Assembly: GCA_946965045.2 (NCBI GenBank)
Contig: OX337239.1
Location: 2,418,001-2,482,000, forward strand
From: Epithemia pelagica
Lineage: Eukaryota > Protista > Bacillariophyta
Direction: 5' to 3'
DNA: 64,000 bases
In this document: positions 10,055 through 21,755 of the stretch, piece after piece
How the letters are laid out: every line of letters starts with the position of its first letter
Position numbering within the stretch: position 1 is the first letter of the stretch
Made by a program: the position numbers and the translations under genes
Notes under the pieces: generated by a model
What the model saw: only the letters and a program-made list of their open reading frames with translations
What the model was told of the DNA's origin: nothing
The model's database searches: none

Positions 10055-13000
10055 ATGACGACTACGCCGAGTACGAACCAGGATGACGCCGAAACCAAGA
10101 ACGAGGAGCCATTGGAGTTTTCGGCCCTGTTATTGCAGGATCCTGGTAGCACTCATAGTTTTGGATGATGGGATGACAAGGACGACGAGGATGATGAGGA
10201 TGAGATGCTCGAATTTGTCCCATCCATCACCAACGAGAACGACCAACCAGTGGATGCCCCCCACAAAATGGCATCCACAGCAACATCAACCACAATGGGG
10301 GATACTTCTGTACCAACCACCACCAGCAACAACAACAACAATAACATTGAATCACCACCGCAACCCGCACGTGTTTCGTCGCAGTCGGTTCGACCGCGCC
10401 CCTCCCGAACATTCTCCTCCTTGCTCGTACCCACGCCGCCCGCAACCACAACGACACCGGCGGCCCTGGAAGGACTGTCGCAATCGACGGAACATCATCA
10501 AGAAGTCAAGGCCGTCTTGGAACAAGTCATGGAACAACACAAACAACAACAATCACAACCACAACCACTCGAAGGAGGATTGCATCGTCGGACCAATACG
10601 CGAGGATCCTGGTTGCGTCTTCCACCCGTCAAGGCCGCCTCCGCGTCCTTGTGACCCGAACCGACGACTCCCGGAGAAGCAGCAACAGCAGCAACACCGA
10701 CATCAACGCCGACAGGTCCCACCGAAACTCCCGTAGTGTCGGACCCACCGTCGTCCACCTTGTCCGCCTTGCTCAACAAAGATACGACCAACAACAACAA
10801 CACGACAACGGCCACCTTGGCCGAAACGACGCAATACGTGATTGCCTTGCATCATCATCACGACGAGCCGCCACCACCCCAAGCGCAAGCTACTGCCAAC
10901 AACAACAGTACCAACACTGCCACGACTGCGGCGGATTTTACCGTGACGGCTCCCCTCTTGGAACAACCAGAACAGCAACCAGAGACGACCGAACAACGAC
11001 CCGTCGAATTGATTCATCCAGCCGATCGTGTCTATGCGGCGGCCACGGTCCTCAAGGCGGCGGCCAAATTTCAGTCTGGCAAGAAACCACCCGAGGAGGA
11101 ACACGAAAAGCCTCGTCCGTCGGGACCCGCCACTGTTGCTGCTACGGAAACTGGAGGAGGAGGAGGAGGAGGAGATGGTCCACCCGCCGTTGCCGATGTC
11201 GAAATCCACCCCCTGTGGAACCACACCACGAAACAACGACCAACAATCCTACAACACCACAAGCCGAGGAACGAGATCATCCCTGGTTCTATCGCCGTCG
11301 TCACCCCCATCATCCCGGTTCACAAGACGCCGAAGGAGGAGGCCGTCACAAGAAGAATCCCAAACGCGCCACCACCAAATTGGTTCACGTGGTCCATGCG
11401 GTGCAAGAAGAATGGAATTCCCTGAGTGACTTTTTTCAACCCAGTGGACAAACCGTCAAGGATCAATTGCTGTTCTTGTCGTGGGCCTTGGTGATTCCCT
11501 CCTTGATTGTATCGGGCATTTTGTTTTACTTGGTGGGCAATCCACCGGTACGTACCACCACACGTAACGCAAAACGAACAATGGAGATGTCGCATTGTGT
11601 TGCCTATAACTCTTTTCTACTTATTGTTGTTGTTGCTTGTTTTCCTGTGTCTGACGTTGCGGTATGGTTCTTACAACCTCCTGTACAATGAATGAAACAA
11701 CGGACACTACGTCTCTTACCATACGCACGCAAAATATATAGACGGGCCGTTGCAAAAATGATATTCCCTGTGGCTTTGATGCACAGGGCAATCCTTTGGC
11801 GTCGGCCTCGTGGTGGGTCTTGTTTTTGGGTGTCCGACAAGTCGTCACGTGGTTGTTGGCCCGAGTATCCGATGTGTTCTTTTTTGATTACCTTGTCTTG
11901 CAACATCCTCGATTAATTCGCTTGCTTGGACCTCGCATTTCCCTCATTATTATTCAAAGCAAGGGATGGCCGTCCGGTACGTGCATGGAAATTGTTGTGG
12001 TTTGCATTGTGACGGGGTGCGTGGTAACGAGACAATGGTTGTCGACACAAGAGGATGTTGTTGTGGTGTTGCTCATCGCCGTGGGAGATACAGGATACAG
12101 ACAGCTCCCTTTTGTAGAGAGTCAGTTCTTGTTTCTTGGCGTTTCTCACATCAATCGTCTTGTGTGGCAGTCATGCTGTGGTGGGCATTGTGGGATTTAA
12201 TGATTTTGCATGGCAAAGGAGAATTCAATCACCACTGGTTGTTTTGGTACGTTTATGGCGATGGACTGTTGCAGGACTACGACGACATTCCAAATGGCCA
12301 TGGCTCAAACTTTTCTCATTTTTTAATTCGTGTGCTGCAGGCAAGACATTGTGGATATGTTTACCAATGAAAACCCAAGTTGAGACATTCCCATGAACGA
12401 AATCTATCGCAATGTTTTGATCGCCATGATTATCATTGCCGTGTCCGTGTCTTTCAAACGCTATGTGATGAGTCTCTATTTGGGAAAACGTCTTTACTGT
12501 AAGTACTTGGTGTTGTGGTTGGGAACGTTGTGGTGCAATGTAATGCCTCTGTTTTTGGAATGGTCTCGTCTGATGCACTTTGTTTTCGTTTTGGTCTACC
12601 TTTTGTTCGGTACGGTTTAATGAGCGTTTGGCGGAACTCATGAAGGAGATCACGCTGATTAGTGAACTTTCGCTTTGGGCCCGACGAAAGCGCGATCAAA
12701 AGGCTACGTACAAAGCTTGGTCCGTAGATTTCGAGGCTCAGCAACAAAAGCAACAACAAGGTCCAGCATCCCCGCGCAAGGCCAAGTCCTATCCCAATGC
12801 AAGCAAGGAGAAGGCCGTGCGCGAAACCAGCTCCAGGGTTGGGTCGTCGACCTACGGTGACGAGGCCATTGATTACGACAGTCTCTTGGAAAAGTGGTCC
12901 GAACCCAAGAGACAAAATGGTGAAGTAAGTGATAGGCACTGCGTTGTCTAGGCTTTTCGTTCGTGTGGGAAGTCGTGTACTCATGTGTGATGTTGCTTGA

Positions 13001-14245
13001 AAATGTTGTTGGAACAGGAGGTGCATGCTTCCAAAATTATTGAGTTTCGACAAGCCTTTGCCGTCATGACGAAGCCCTTCTTTTTCTCCAGTGCCTTTGG
13101 TCCGGTGGAATCCAGGAAGGATTGCATCACATCGGCGGATCGTTTGTTTCGACGACTTCTCAAACTATTTGAAGACGACGAGACAATCGATGTGGAGCAG
13201 TTGGTGCGCTGGATGTACAGGGGTTGTCAGCTGCCGGGACAAAAAGAAAAGGGGGCCCATCTAACGGTACTTCTCATGTGCGATGCTCAAAACCGCCTGA
13301 ACATTATTGATTTCGTCCGGGGTATTGACGCAATCTACCAACGGGTTCGGTTGCTGGAGAATGCCGTGCATAATGCCTCGCATATTGATCGGGAGTACGA
13401 GAAGATTTTGAATTATCTCTTTTACTTTGTTTTGGGCTGTGTGGTCCTGGCCATTATGCGTTTGGATCCAATCTCGTTGCTGATTGGTGTGTCTGGACTG
13501 ATTGTCGCATTCTCATTCATGATTGGTCCTGGTAGTGCTGTCTACTTTGAGGGAGTGATGATGGTTCTGGGCCGACAACCATATGACGTGGGAGACCGAA
13601 TTGCAATCGTACGTTGTTGCTCAAGAAGCCATGCGAATGGGGAAAACCTTTTACATTGATCTCACAAGGAGTGTTGTTTTCCTTTTCTTTCATGCAGGCC
13701 AATGTAAGCGAGGCACCCAACTTTGACGGATCACCTCACTGGCTGGTCGAAAGCGTCGATCTCTTGTCCACAACCGCCCGTTTAACTGGGACCAACGAGG
13801 TAGCAAGCTTCTCGAATGGAGCCTTGGCACGCCTCCGTCTCGTGAACATGAATCGATCGCCGGATCCGGTGGTATACGTTTACGTTCGATTTCAAACTGA
13901 CGTTCCCTACTCGACAATTACGATTTTCCGGTCGGCATTGGAAATCTTTGACCAGGACCGTCCACAGGAGTGGGAAGGAGGATTGGTTGGTTTCCGTCCC
14001 AGTCGTGTCGAGGCACAACTGAACTTTGTTGAATACATGGTTATATTGCAGCATCGTTTGTCTTGGCAACCAGTTTTTGTGTCGAAATCCAAAAACAATT
14101 GGGATGTCATTACAGTGCCCCTCCCATGCCGATCGAAATCAATCTCTCGGCTCCCGATCCCGTGGCCCAAATGACCCGAGCAGGTTCCTCCATGGAAGAT
14201 CTCATGAACACAGCAAAGCAATTTGATTCCAAAAAAGAGGATTAG
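10055..14245 (+). pseudogene. MscS-family mechanosensitive channel, multi-exon, apparently disrupted
   Basis: MscS core AFSFMIGPGSAVYFEGVMMVL.RQPYDVGDRI, VESVDLLSTT..TNEVASFSNGALARLRLVNMNRSP. In-frame TGA at 10166 and 10652, a frame change around 11340-11400, and a frame change at ~14061 (SWQ / ATSFCVE). Confidence 0.7.
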
Positions 14246-14509
14246 CAAGACTCTTTGGGATGGGGCATCGGGGTTATACATAGAAAGAAGACTAGCGTAG
14301 AAATAAACACACAACTGAAACAAAAGAATACATGCACCTCTCATTAGGAACCGTCGCGATCGCAGAATTCATTTTGTACGTCTTGTATCCATGAGCTCGA
14401 TGCACACGGTAACGACATTATTTCTAAATGAGTAACTGCTTTATTTTTGCTCTAGACGGTTTTCATTGCTTTACGGATTCGCTCGTCTCTTTTCTCTCCG
14501 AGTATACTA

Positions 14510-17500
14510 TCAGGGCTGAGGGGTCGGTGGGGGAGCCAATTTTAATTCAAACAAGGCGACACTACCGTCTTCTCCTCCGGTACTACAGATACATCTTCGT
14601 TTCCCCACTGCTTCATCCGGTTTTGCTGGAGCGTTGGTATACCGTATACTCATACTACAAATGCCTGGTGATGCCTTGTTGTTGACTGCTTTCCAGAGAG
14701 TAGGTTTGGAATCGAAAAAGAAACCAAGACAGTTGGAGTTGTTTTCATCCGATTCCTTGGCTCGTCTTGCCGTTACAGGAACCAATCGAAGTCCACCATC
14801 AAAGCATCCAACCAGCAAGAAACCCCCTTCCTCTGAATACACCATACTCAGTATTGCCACACCAATGCTCACGGCGGCTGAAAACACCAAACGATTCGAG
14901 CTATAAGTGTACGAGGCAACCTTGCCCGTCGAAAAGGCACAAAACAAGTGCACATGCTCTTGTCCCGCCATGTCGGTCGTTTGGACCCATTGAACGGACG
15001 AACAGGGACCCGATCCTCTCCGACTGGACGGTTCCTTGTGCACAATCACTTGCATCCCATCCTCATGGATATGCCAGGCACAAAAGGACGAATCGGCACA
15101 GCCAGCGGCAATCAAAATTCCATTCTTTTCCACGGAGCAAGCTGAAACGGACACAATGGACGAATCGGCATCAAACAATTCGGCCAAAGGCTCACGGTGA
15201 ATTGCCACAGTTTCTCCCGCCGACACACAAGCGGACCAAACCTTGACTGTCGCATCCCAACTTCCACTAACCAAAATATGGGTGGAATTATCCAGCCACA
15301 AAGCACTGTTACTGAAGGACTCATCGTGTCGTCGTGCAATCAAAGCGAGGCCTGTCACGGCGTCGCGGTGACTGTAGACCGATGCGACCGCGCAGGCGGA
15401 ATTGATCCCATAGGCCAAAATAACGTCATCGTGACCTCCGGCAAAGGCCACATATCCCGAAGCTCCATCCGATGCCACCACCAAACTCGCCAAGGGATCA
15501 CGGGAGGAATGAGTCCGGTATTCCGTAAGTTTGGAGGAGTGACCATGGGCCGGCGACGACGCCGATGTGGGGGTACTCATGGCGACTGGATGTGTGCCAC
15601 GACTGAGAATAGAGGAATACGAAAATCGTGTAAAGGTGGAAGTAAAGGGTCCTCCTCCAGCCCGATCCTGATACGACGAAGACGGCGCTACGGATTTTTG
15701 CAAGGACACCTTGTTGACCACGAGACCGCCATCCAGGGATGTTGTGGCAACCAACGAACGTTTCTTTTTGCTACGTCGTTGTTCTTGTTGAGGTTGTTCC
15801 GGTTCACCCGACTCGGTGGGTGTACTAGGTAGTTTCGTCTCAGGGTCGACCAATAGCAAAACACATCCACTGACGGCATCGTTGTGGATTTGTCGACGTT
15901 CCAACATTTTCATATCCCAAATCGTTCGAACTGTTGGGGCAGGAGGCATATCGGAAGGTACAGCAGACGACTGGTGTTGTGGTACTCCTGTCGCATTGGA
16001 ACTTGGTGGTTGGTGTGGGAGTGTCGTCGTCGGTCCGGTGGTCGTGGTGCTACCCCTATTCTCGGGCCCACGGTTGGGAGCTGCATCAAAAGGATTCGAG
16101 CCCGTGGCGGGAACATCTCCCGATCCACGCAGTGGAAAACTTCGGGATGTGGTTGGTTCGGATTCCGGAAATGGGACTGTGGTTTCGTTCGAAACAGACG
16201 CTGGATCGGGTTCGTTGGATGACGTTGGGAGCACCGTGTCGGACGCTTCACTCGTTGCATGACTGGGAGGATCTAGCAATTCCCAAGCTTCTCGAAAGCC
16301 ACCATCTCCCTTGGTTGTTTGAGAAGAGGCACGTCCAATATCCCGTGCCAAGAGGGCATCCATCCAGTCTTCTTGTCCTTCTTCTTCTCCGGCGACAGTT
16401 TCCTTGTGGGACGATTGTAGGGGATGTGCTTGTTGAAAGAGTTGATCGGGGACAATACCAAATTCTGTGGCTTGCAATTCGGCCGTGACCCGTTCCGTGG
16501 GAGAGGCATCGGCCAAGGCGCGTGGATCCAAATAGGCACTGGCATGAAACAAATTATTGGCTTGTTTCGCCGCCTCGCCCCGACTCGACACACCAAAGAT
16601 TAAATCAATCCAGGCCGGCAACTGTTGCGTACAATAGGTGGATTCCAAGGCTCGTCGATTGCCTTGGACAAATTTGCGAGCCGAATCCTCCGCCCAGGGT
16701 GGCAAGACGACATCGTGGACGCGTTCTCCCGTTTGCGTGGCACCCAAGGAGAGAGACCGGGCATTCCGCAAAAAGTCGACATCAAACTTGTCCAAACTAT
16801 AGAATTGGGGAATCAATTCCTTGACATCGGCATGATTGGTCAAGCAACATTGATAACAATGACGAATGGAATAAAACATGCGATCGGCGGCATCCCATTT
16901 TCCATTTTGCAAACACAACATGTGTTCCGGCATGGTCCGTACCAAATAATACAAGACATAGGCCGGTGCCGAATAATGCGTTCCGTACAGAAACACGTCC
17001 TTTTCTAAATCTTGCATATTGGCCAATCGTTGTTGAAAGTATTCCAAACGACTCGGATAGAGCGCTCCCATGGGTTTGGCCAAATCCCGAAAGGTCCGAG
17101 GATTGTCCAAATCCAAGGTGTCACTGGTATAATCTTGTACGACCCAGGGAAAGACGGGGTACCGAGACAAGTCATGAAAACTTCGTCCCGCCGCGGCATT
17201 GAGCGCACAGAGATAATCGTAATTGGACAAGGCACCCTTGTGCCATTCGTACACCACGTGTGCCAAAAATTCTCGATCCGTCACACACGGTGCCGTCCGC
17301 GGCAAGAGCTGCAAAACTTGTTCTCGATCGTGGCGTCGTTCAAAGGCAATCAAAATCGACGAGGCAATATTTTTGGTTTCCGAGGCGGGACGATGTCGTC
17401 GAGCGCTACTACTAGTGGTCGTCGTCGTCGCCGTCGTATTCCAATAGAATTCCAAGGCAGAATCGCGAAGTCCATGATAGCGACGAGCCGTGGCCACCAA

Positions 17501-17737
17501 ATCGCAAGCCTTCCATCGTCGGGCCCGCGGAGGTTCGTGGGATACCGACGACGACGATCCAAGGGTACATGGTGTCGGTTGAAAATACACTTGTTCGCCC
17601 GACGTCAACACCAAAACGCCTCGTTGCGCTTGCAAGGGGGTCAAGAGTTTGACCGTCAAGGGTGGCAACAGCAACTGTTCTCGAACCACATCGACTAAAT
17701 TGTCCATATCAAACAAAACGGGTTGTTGTTTCGATCC

Positions 17738-17768
<31 letters not shown>

Positions 17769-18874
17769 TGTTGCTGTTGTTTTTGATAGAGTTGCAATTC
17801 GGCTTCCGTGGCATCCAAGGTGGAGGAGGGGCCACTACTGGGAGGTAGGGGAGGGTGATGCGTCACATGATAGAGACGTTGGGCCAACTCCATCATGGGG
17901 TGTGGTGACGAATGCAAAAAACAAAAGCGAAATTTGGTGGGAACGGAAATCGTATCAAAGGGTCCTACCACATTGTGTACTTTCATGGTCACATGTCGTG
18001 TCGTGTAAATTTGACACGCCATTTCCGTCGCCAACGGGTTGTGATGGTTGTTGTTGTTGTTGTGGGGCGGTGTCGTGATACCCTGCTCGCCTTGCATGCG
18101 AGACCAGGGACACCGAATCACGGCGCGACTGACATCGTCTGGTTCAAAGACCAAACTCCGAGAGCAAAGATACAGTCGTCCGGAAATATTGGTCATGTGC
18201 ACTGTCGGATATTCATCCTTGCGAATGTCGGCGACGGATCGAATTGCAGGTGTTGATGTGGAGGAAGAAGTGGGTGCACTCGTCACTCGAGGACGGATAC
18301 TTAAAGACGACGACGACGACGACGACGTGTGGGTGGCCTTGGTTGCGGGTGCCGATGAAAAGGCGGAAGAAATGCTTCGCACGGGAGGATACTGCGGAGA
18401 TTGTGCCCATTGAATTTGACTTGTCGTCGTTGTTGTTGTTGTTGGAGTGTTGGAGGAGGATGTCGTCGTCGTAGTCGCATTGCTGTTGCCATTTCGAGCC
18501 ACGGTAGTACTCGTTGTTGAAGCCGCAGCAGCGGCTGCTACCAATCCAGCCTTCCAGGGAGCCGAATAGGCCACGACCGCCCAGTCTTGAATGGCTTGTT
18601 CTCCATGTTCCAACAAGAGCGTGGAAAAGCGAGATGTCTTGTGGTCTGCCGTTGCTGTGGATTTGCCATAACTCCAAAACGATGAGGATCCACCGCGGCC
18701 ACTCGTGTTCTTGTTGTTGCTGCTGCTACTGCTGGTGGTTGTGGTGGTCGTCGTACACGATTGTGGATACAAGTGTGGCACAATCTCTTGCACCGACGGA
18801 ACACGACGATTGCTACTACTGTTCGGAGGAATACTCGTACTGGAATCCTTCGTTCCCAGAAGCCACGACGACAT
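14510..18874 (-). CDS. PH-BEACH-WD40 protein (FAN/NSMAF-like)
   Basis: BEACH motifs LSNYDYL..LN.AAGRSFHDLSRYPVFPW, YGTHYS, DVKELIPQFY, WIDLIFG; a preceding GRAM/PH-like segment; C-terminal WD repeats (LVSGSWDATVKVW). Confidence 0.92.
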
Positions 18875-19150
18875 GATGCTTCCTTCTTGTAATCACACTT
18901 ATTCCTTTCTAGAGAGTTGGGTTCGTTCGAGATTTGAGAGGAGCGCAGCGGATGCAATCATTCACAACGGCGCATCATTGTTTTCAAGCTCCCCCTCAAA
19001 ACGGAGGCAAAACGAGACTCAAGACTCAACCAACAACGAAAATAATAAGGTTCGGGGTAAACCTTACTTTGTAGGAGTAGGAGTACTCCTAGGAGTAACT
19101 GATAGCTACCATAGCTACTTGTACTCCCTCTGTCTCTGTCTCTGTATCAC

Positions 19151-19359
19151 GCCCTAGCGGGGGTGGCTAAGAGGGTTTAATTTCGTGGCTACACGAAATT
19201 ACAACCTCAAAAACACCCCCGCTAGGGACTGGTCTCTTTACTCACAACTCCCAGCGACCGACATTCGAGCATCCGATGTCTCCACCTACCCCCAAGCAGG
19301 GAACTGTGAAGCTTTTTTCCGACTGAGGCCTGCGGGACTCACTCACCCCCGCTGGGGGC
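19151..19359. mobile_element. MITE-like, hairpin-rich ~210-bp element
   Basis: ccctagcgggggtg (19152) is inverted against cacccccgctaggg (~19214) and cacccccgctgggg (~19344); internal palindrome aatttcgtg-gcta-cacgaaatt; no clear TSD. Confidence 0.45.
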
Positions 19360-19464
19360 TATGTCTCCTCTCTCTCTTCATCTTTTTTTGATCTTTTTTC
19401 TCTTCTCTTGAAGATCTTTTTCTGATGTTGTACTTTGGATGTTAGTCCAATATCCCTCTCGATG

Positions 19465-19579
19465 CGGATGTAGTGAAGAAGAGGAAGTCGAATAAGAGAA
19501 TTGTAAATCTGGAGCATAGAACGGATGTTGTGAAGAAGAGGAAGTCGAATAAGAGAATTGTAAATCTGGAGCATAGAAC
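19465..19579 (+). repeat. 57-bp tandem duplication
   Basis: cggatgt(a/t)gtgaagaagaggaagtcgaataagagaattgtaaatctggagcatagaa occurs twice. Confidence 0.9.
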
Positions 19580-19654
19580 TAACAGGTCATCAAGTTGAAG
19601 CGCAGTGCAACAAGGGGAGGACAAATCGAATAGTGGTCCTTAAGCTCTCGGACC

Positions 19655-19992
19655 ATGACATCGCATATCGTTCTTTCGCCCCATCAAGAGGCCATGACGA
19701 CACTGGTGTGGCTGATTGGCATTCTCCTTCTTTTGATTGACTCTACCTCTTCAACCCCGACTATGGCAGACGCCGAGATCATGACCGAAGCTACAGTCGA
19801 TCCTCCAGTCACTTTGGTGACAACAACTGGTGGACTCTTATGGAAAAACATATCATCTTCCACAACAACGACAAGCAAACCACGTTGCTTCATTCATGTT
19901 CAGGATTTATTCCCAATGGCCATGTCTGTGCTATTTTGGGACCTAGCTGTGGTGGGAAATCGACCTTGTTGGCTGCCATGGCAGGACGAGCA
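19655..19992 (+). pseudogene. 5'-only, frameshifted duplicate of the ABCG gene at 50374-53357
   Basis: Near-identical DNA to the reverse complement of ~52990-53360 (plus upstream flank to ~53487). It has an internal deletion, Walker A altered to GPSCGGKST, and homology stops just after Walker A. Confidence 0.85.
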
Positions 19993-20564
19993 ATTCCAAC
20001 CAACATACCAATTGCAACATTATTATTTGGTTTTGGAGCTAAAGGTAAAACATTTTGCTACACGGATTCTAATCATGAGAGGCTTGCAAAAGAGGTGTCT
20101 AGGTCACCATTTGGTCGAAAACCTCTAGAGAAAAGAAAAATGCGAGGAAAGGAAATTCCTGTCAGTAACCAAATCAGCTTTCTCGACAGAGTGGAGAACG
20201 ATGACTTTAGTATAGGAAAGATCATTTGGAGTTGGATTCCACAACTGTCAAGCAAAGCACCCACCTTTATGTCGCTCTATGGGTAGCTCTTGGCAAACAC
20301 TCTCTGGTTTATCATTCTCCCACAACACATGAGAGATGAGAGAACGTCCTCTTCTGTGCCATCCGCTGCCCCCAAACCCCAAACTCATGAACGTATCAGG
20401 TAGGTCGCACAACAAAATACAATGATTAGGTGATGCTTGTCTCATCGTTTATTCTTCGCAGTTGCCCGTTCAATCCGCCAGGGACGTTGCCCAGATGGAG
20501 CAACTACCTTCACGCCACCGAGCTGTGAAATACAACATAGGTCCCAAGTCCTGTTCATTGACAC

Positions 20565-21207
20565 TTAGTTGTTCCGCGTCGTACTCTCGTCTGTATCGGA
20601 TGGTTGTTTTAGTTGTGCCGATTGTTTTGAGTTTTGCACCTGTTTGGCTTCCTTTACGGCTCTTCCATGAAAATTTTGCATGGTTGACTTTAATTTGTCA
20701 TCTTGCGGTGCCGCAACTTGTAACATGTAGTTGGACAGAGCACGGACGGCACTCGCTTTGCGTGCTTCCAACAATTCGTCCCTTGTTGTCGTGGTTGCGC
20801 CTGCCGTCAAAGGCTTCCGAAATTCCGTTCGAATCATGGTACGCAAGGCTACTGCTTTGGCACTGGTTTGACCTGGCGCCACATGACGGACCAATCGCAT
20901 ACAATCGCGGTACAACTAGTGTAAGTGTTGTTCATTTTCATATGCCAACCACAGAAATCGCCAAATTCAGGAATGAAGACATGAATTTCCATAGGCACAT
21001 CCAAAAGAAAGACAATTTCTGTTAGTCAACACAATGGAACGGGATCATCTGTTGCATGGTTGCATCGCTGTGACTGATCCATCCACCGATCCATCCACCG
21101 ATCCATCGACAAAAGATACCAATATCTACTGCTCTGTGACGTACCTGCGGCACGGTGCGTTGGAATTGCGTAGCGGTGGTACTCACTGCGTTGGTCAGGG
21201 CTGTCAT
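20565..21207 (-). CDS. LYR-motif (Complex 1 LYR family) protein; exons 21207-21145 and 20915-20565
   Basis: A phase-0 GT-AG intron (gtacgt...ctag) gives MTALTNAVSTTATQFQRTVPQ-LYRDCMRL..IRTEFRK..AVRALSNYML. Confidence 0.8.
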
Positions 21208-21755
21208 GAAAGCAAACTACGGACAAGGGGATTCTGGAGGTTGGTTTCTATTACTCCAAGGGATGGTGAATGGTGGAGTGATGGATGTGATGGCTGATAT
21301 GGAGCGAAAAGATTTCGCGCTATTCGCGACCGATTCCGAAGCACTACCAGGCGGTATCAGAGGGAGAAAATTTAAAAAATGCTAACCACTATCGGGGATG
21401 ATCATATGTGGATATTGTAATATGTTGTATGTGGCTAGGTAGTGGCTATGGCAATGTCAATGCCAATGGCTATGTAGCTAACCGATAAGAGATCAGAATA
21501 TCTGATCCCTGATCCTGTCATCTACGACTTCCAAGTTCATATTCTGGACGCATTATCATAGAGTACTGCCGCATGGTTTTTGGATTTATGTATCTCGATT
21601 ACCTCATGATAGGGTTTTTCGACTAAGCACTTCAACTAGAGAGAGTCTGCATATTCCGATCGCCACTACATAGGTTCGACACATGAATCATCTTGTTGCA
21701 TACAAGATGAACCAACAGGTCTCCACGCAACTCTTCAAGACATCAGATGCTAAGG

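Noticed and set aside
10055-11425. Selenocysteine or an alternative genetic code explaining the in-frame TGAs in the MscS gene
   Set aside because: TGA terminates other intact genes here, no SECIS was recognised, and frameshifts co-occur, so pseudogenisation is simpler.
7418-18957. Many antisense and alternate-frame ORFs rich in V/L/C/R over host genes (also at 32137-32928, 43202-44420, 59863-63981)
   Set aside because: They are shadows of CAA/ACG-rich coding strands, with low-complexity translations and no motifs.
19151-19359. snRNA, RNase P/MRP or tRNA gene
   Set aside because: No conserved boxes or cloverleaf were recognised; kept only as a MITE-like or structured element.
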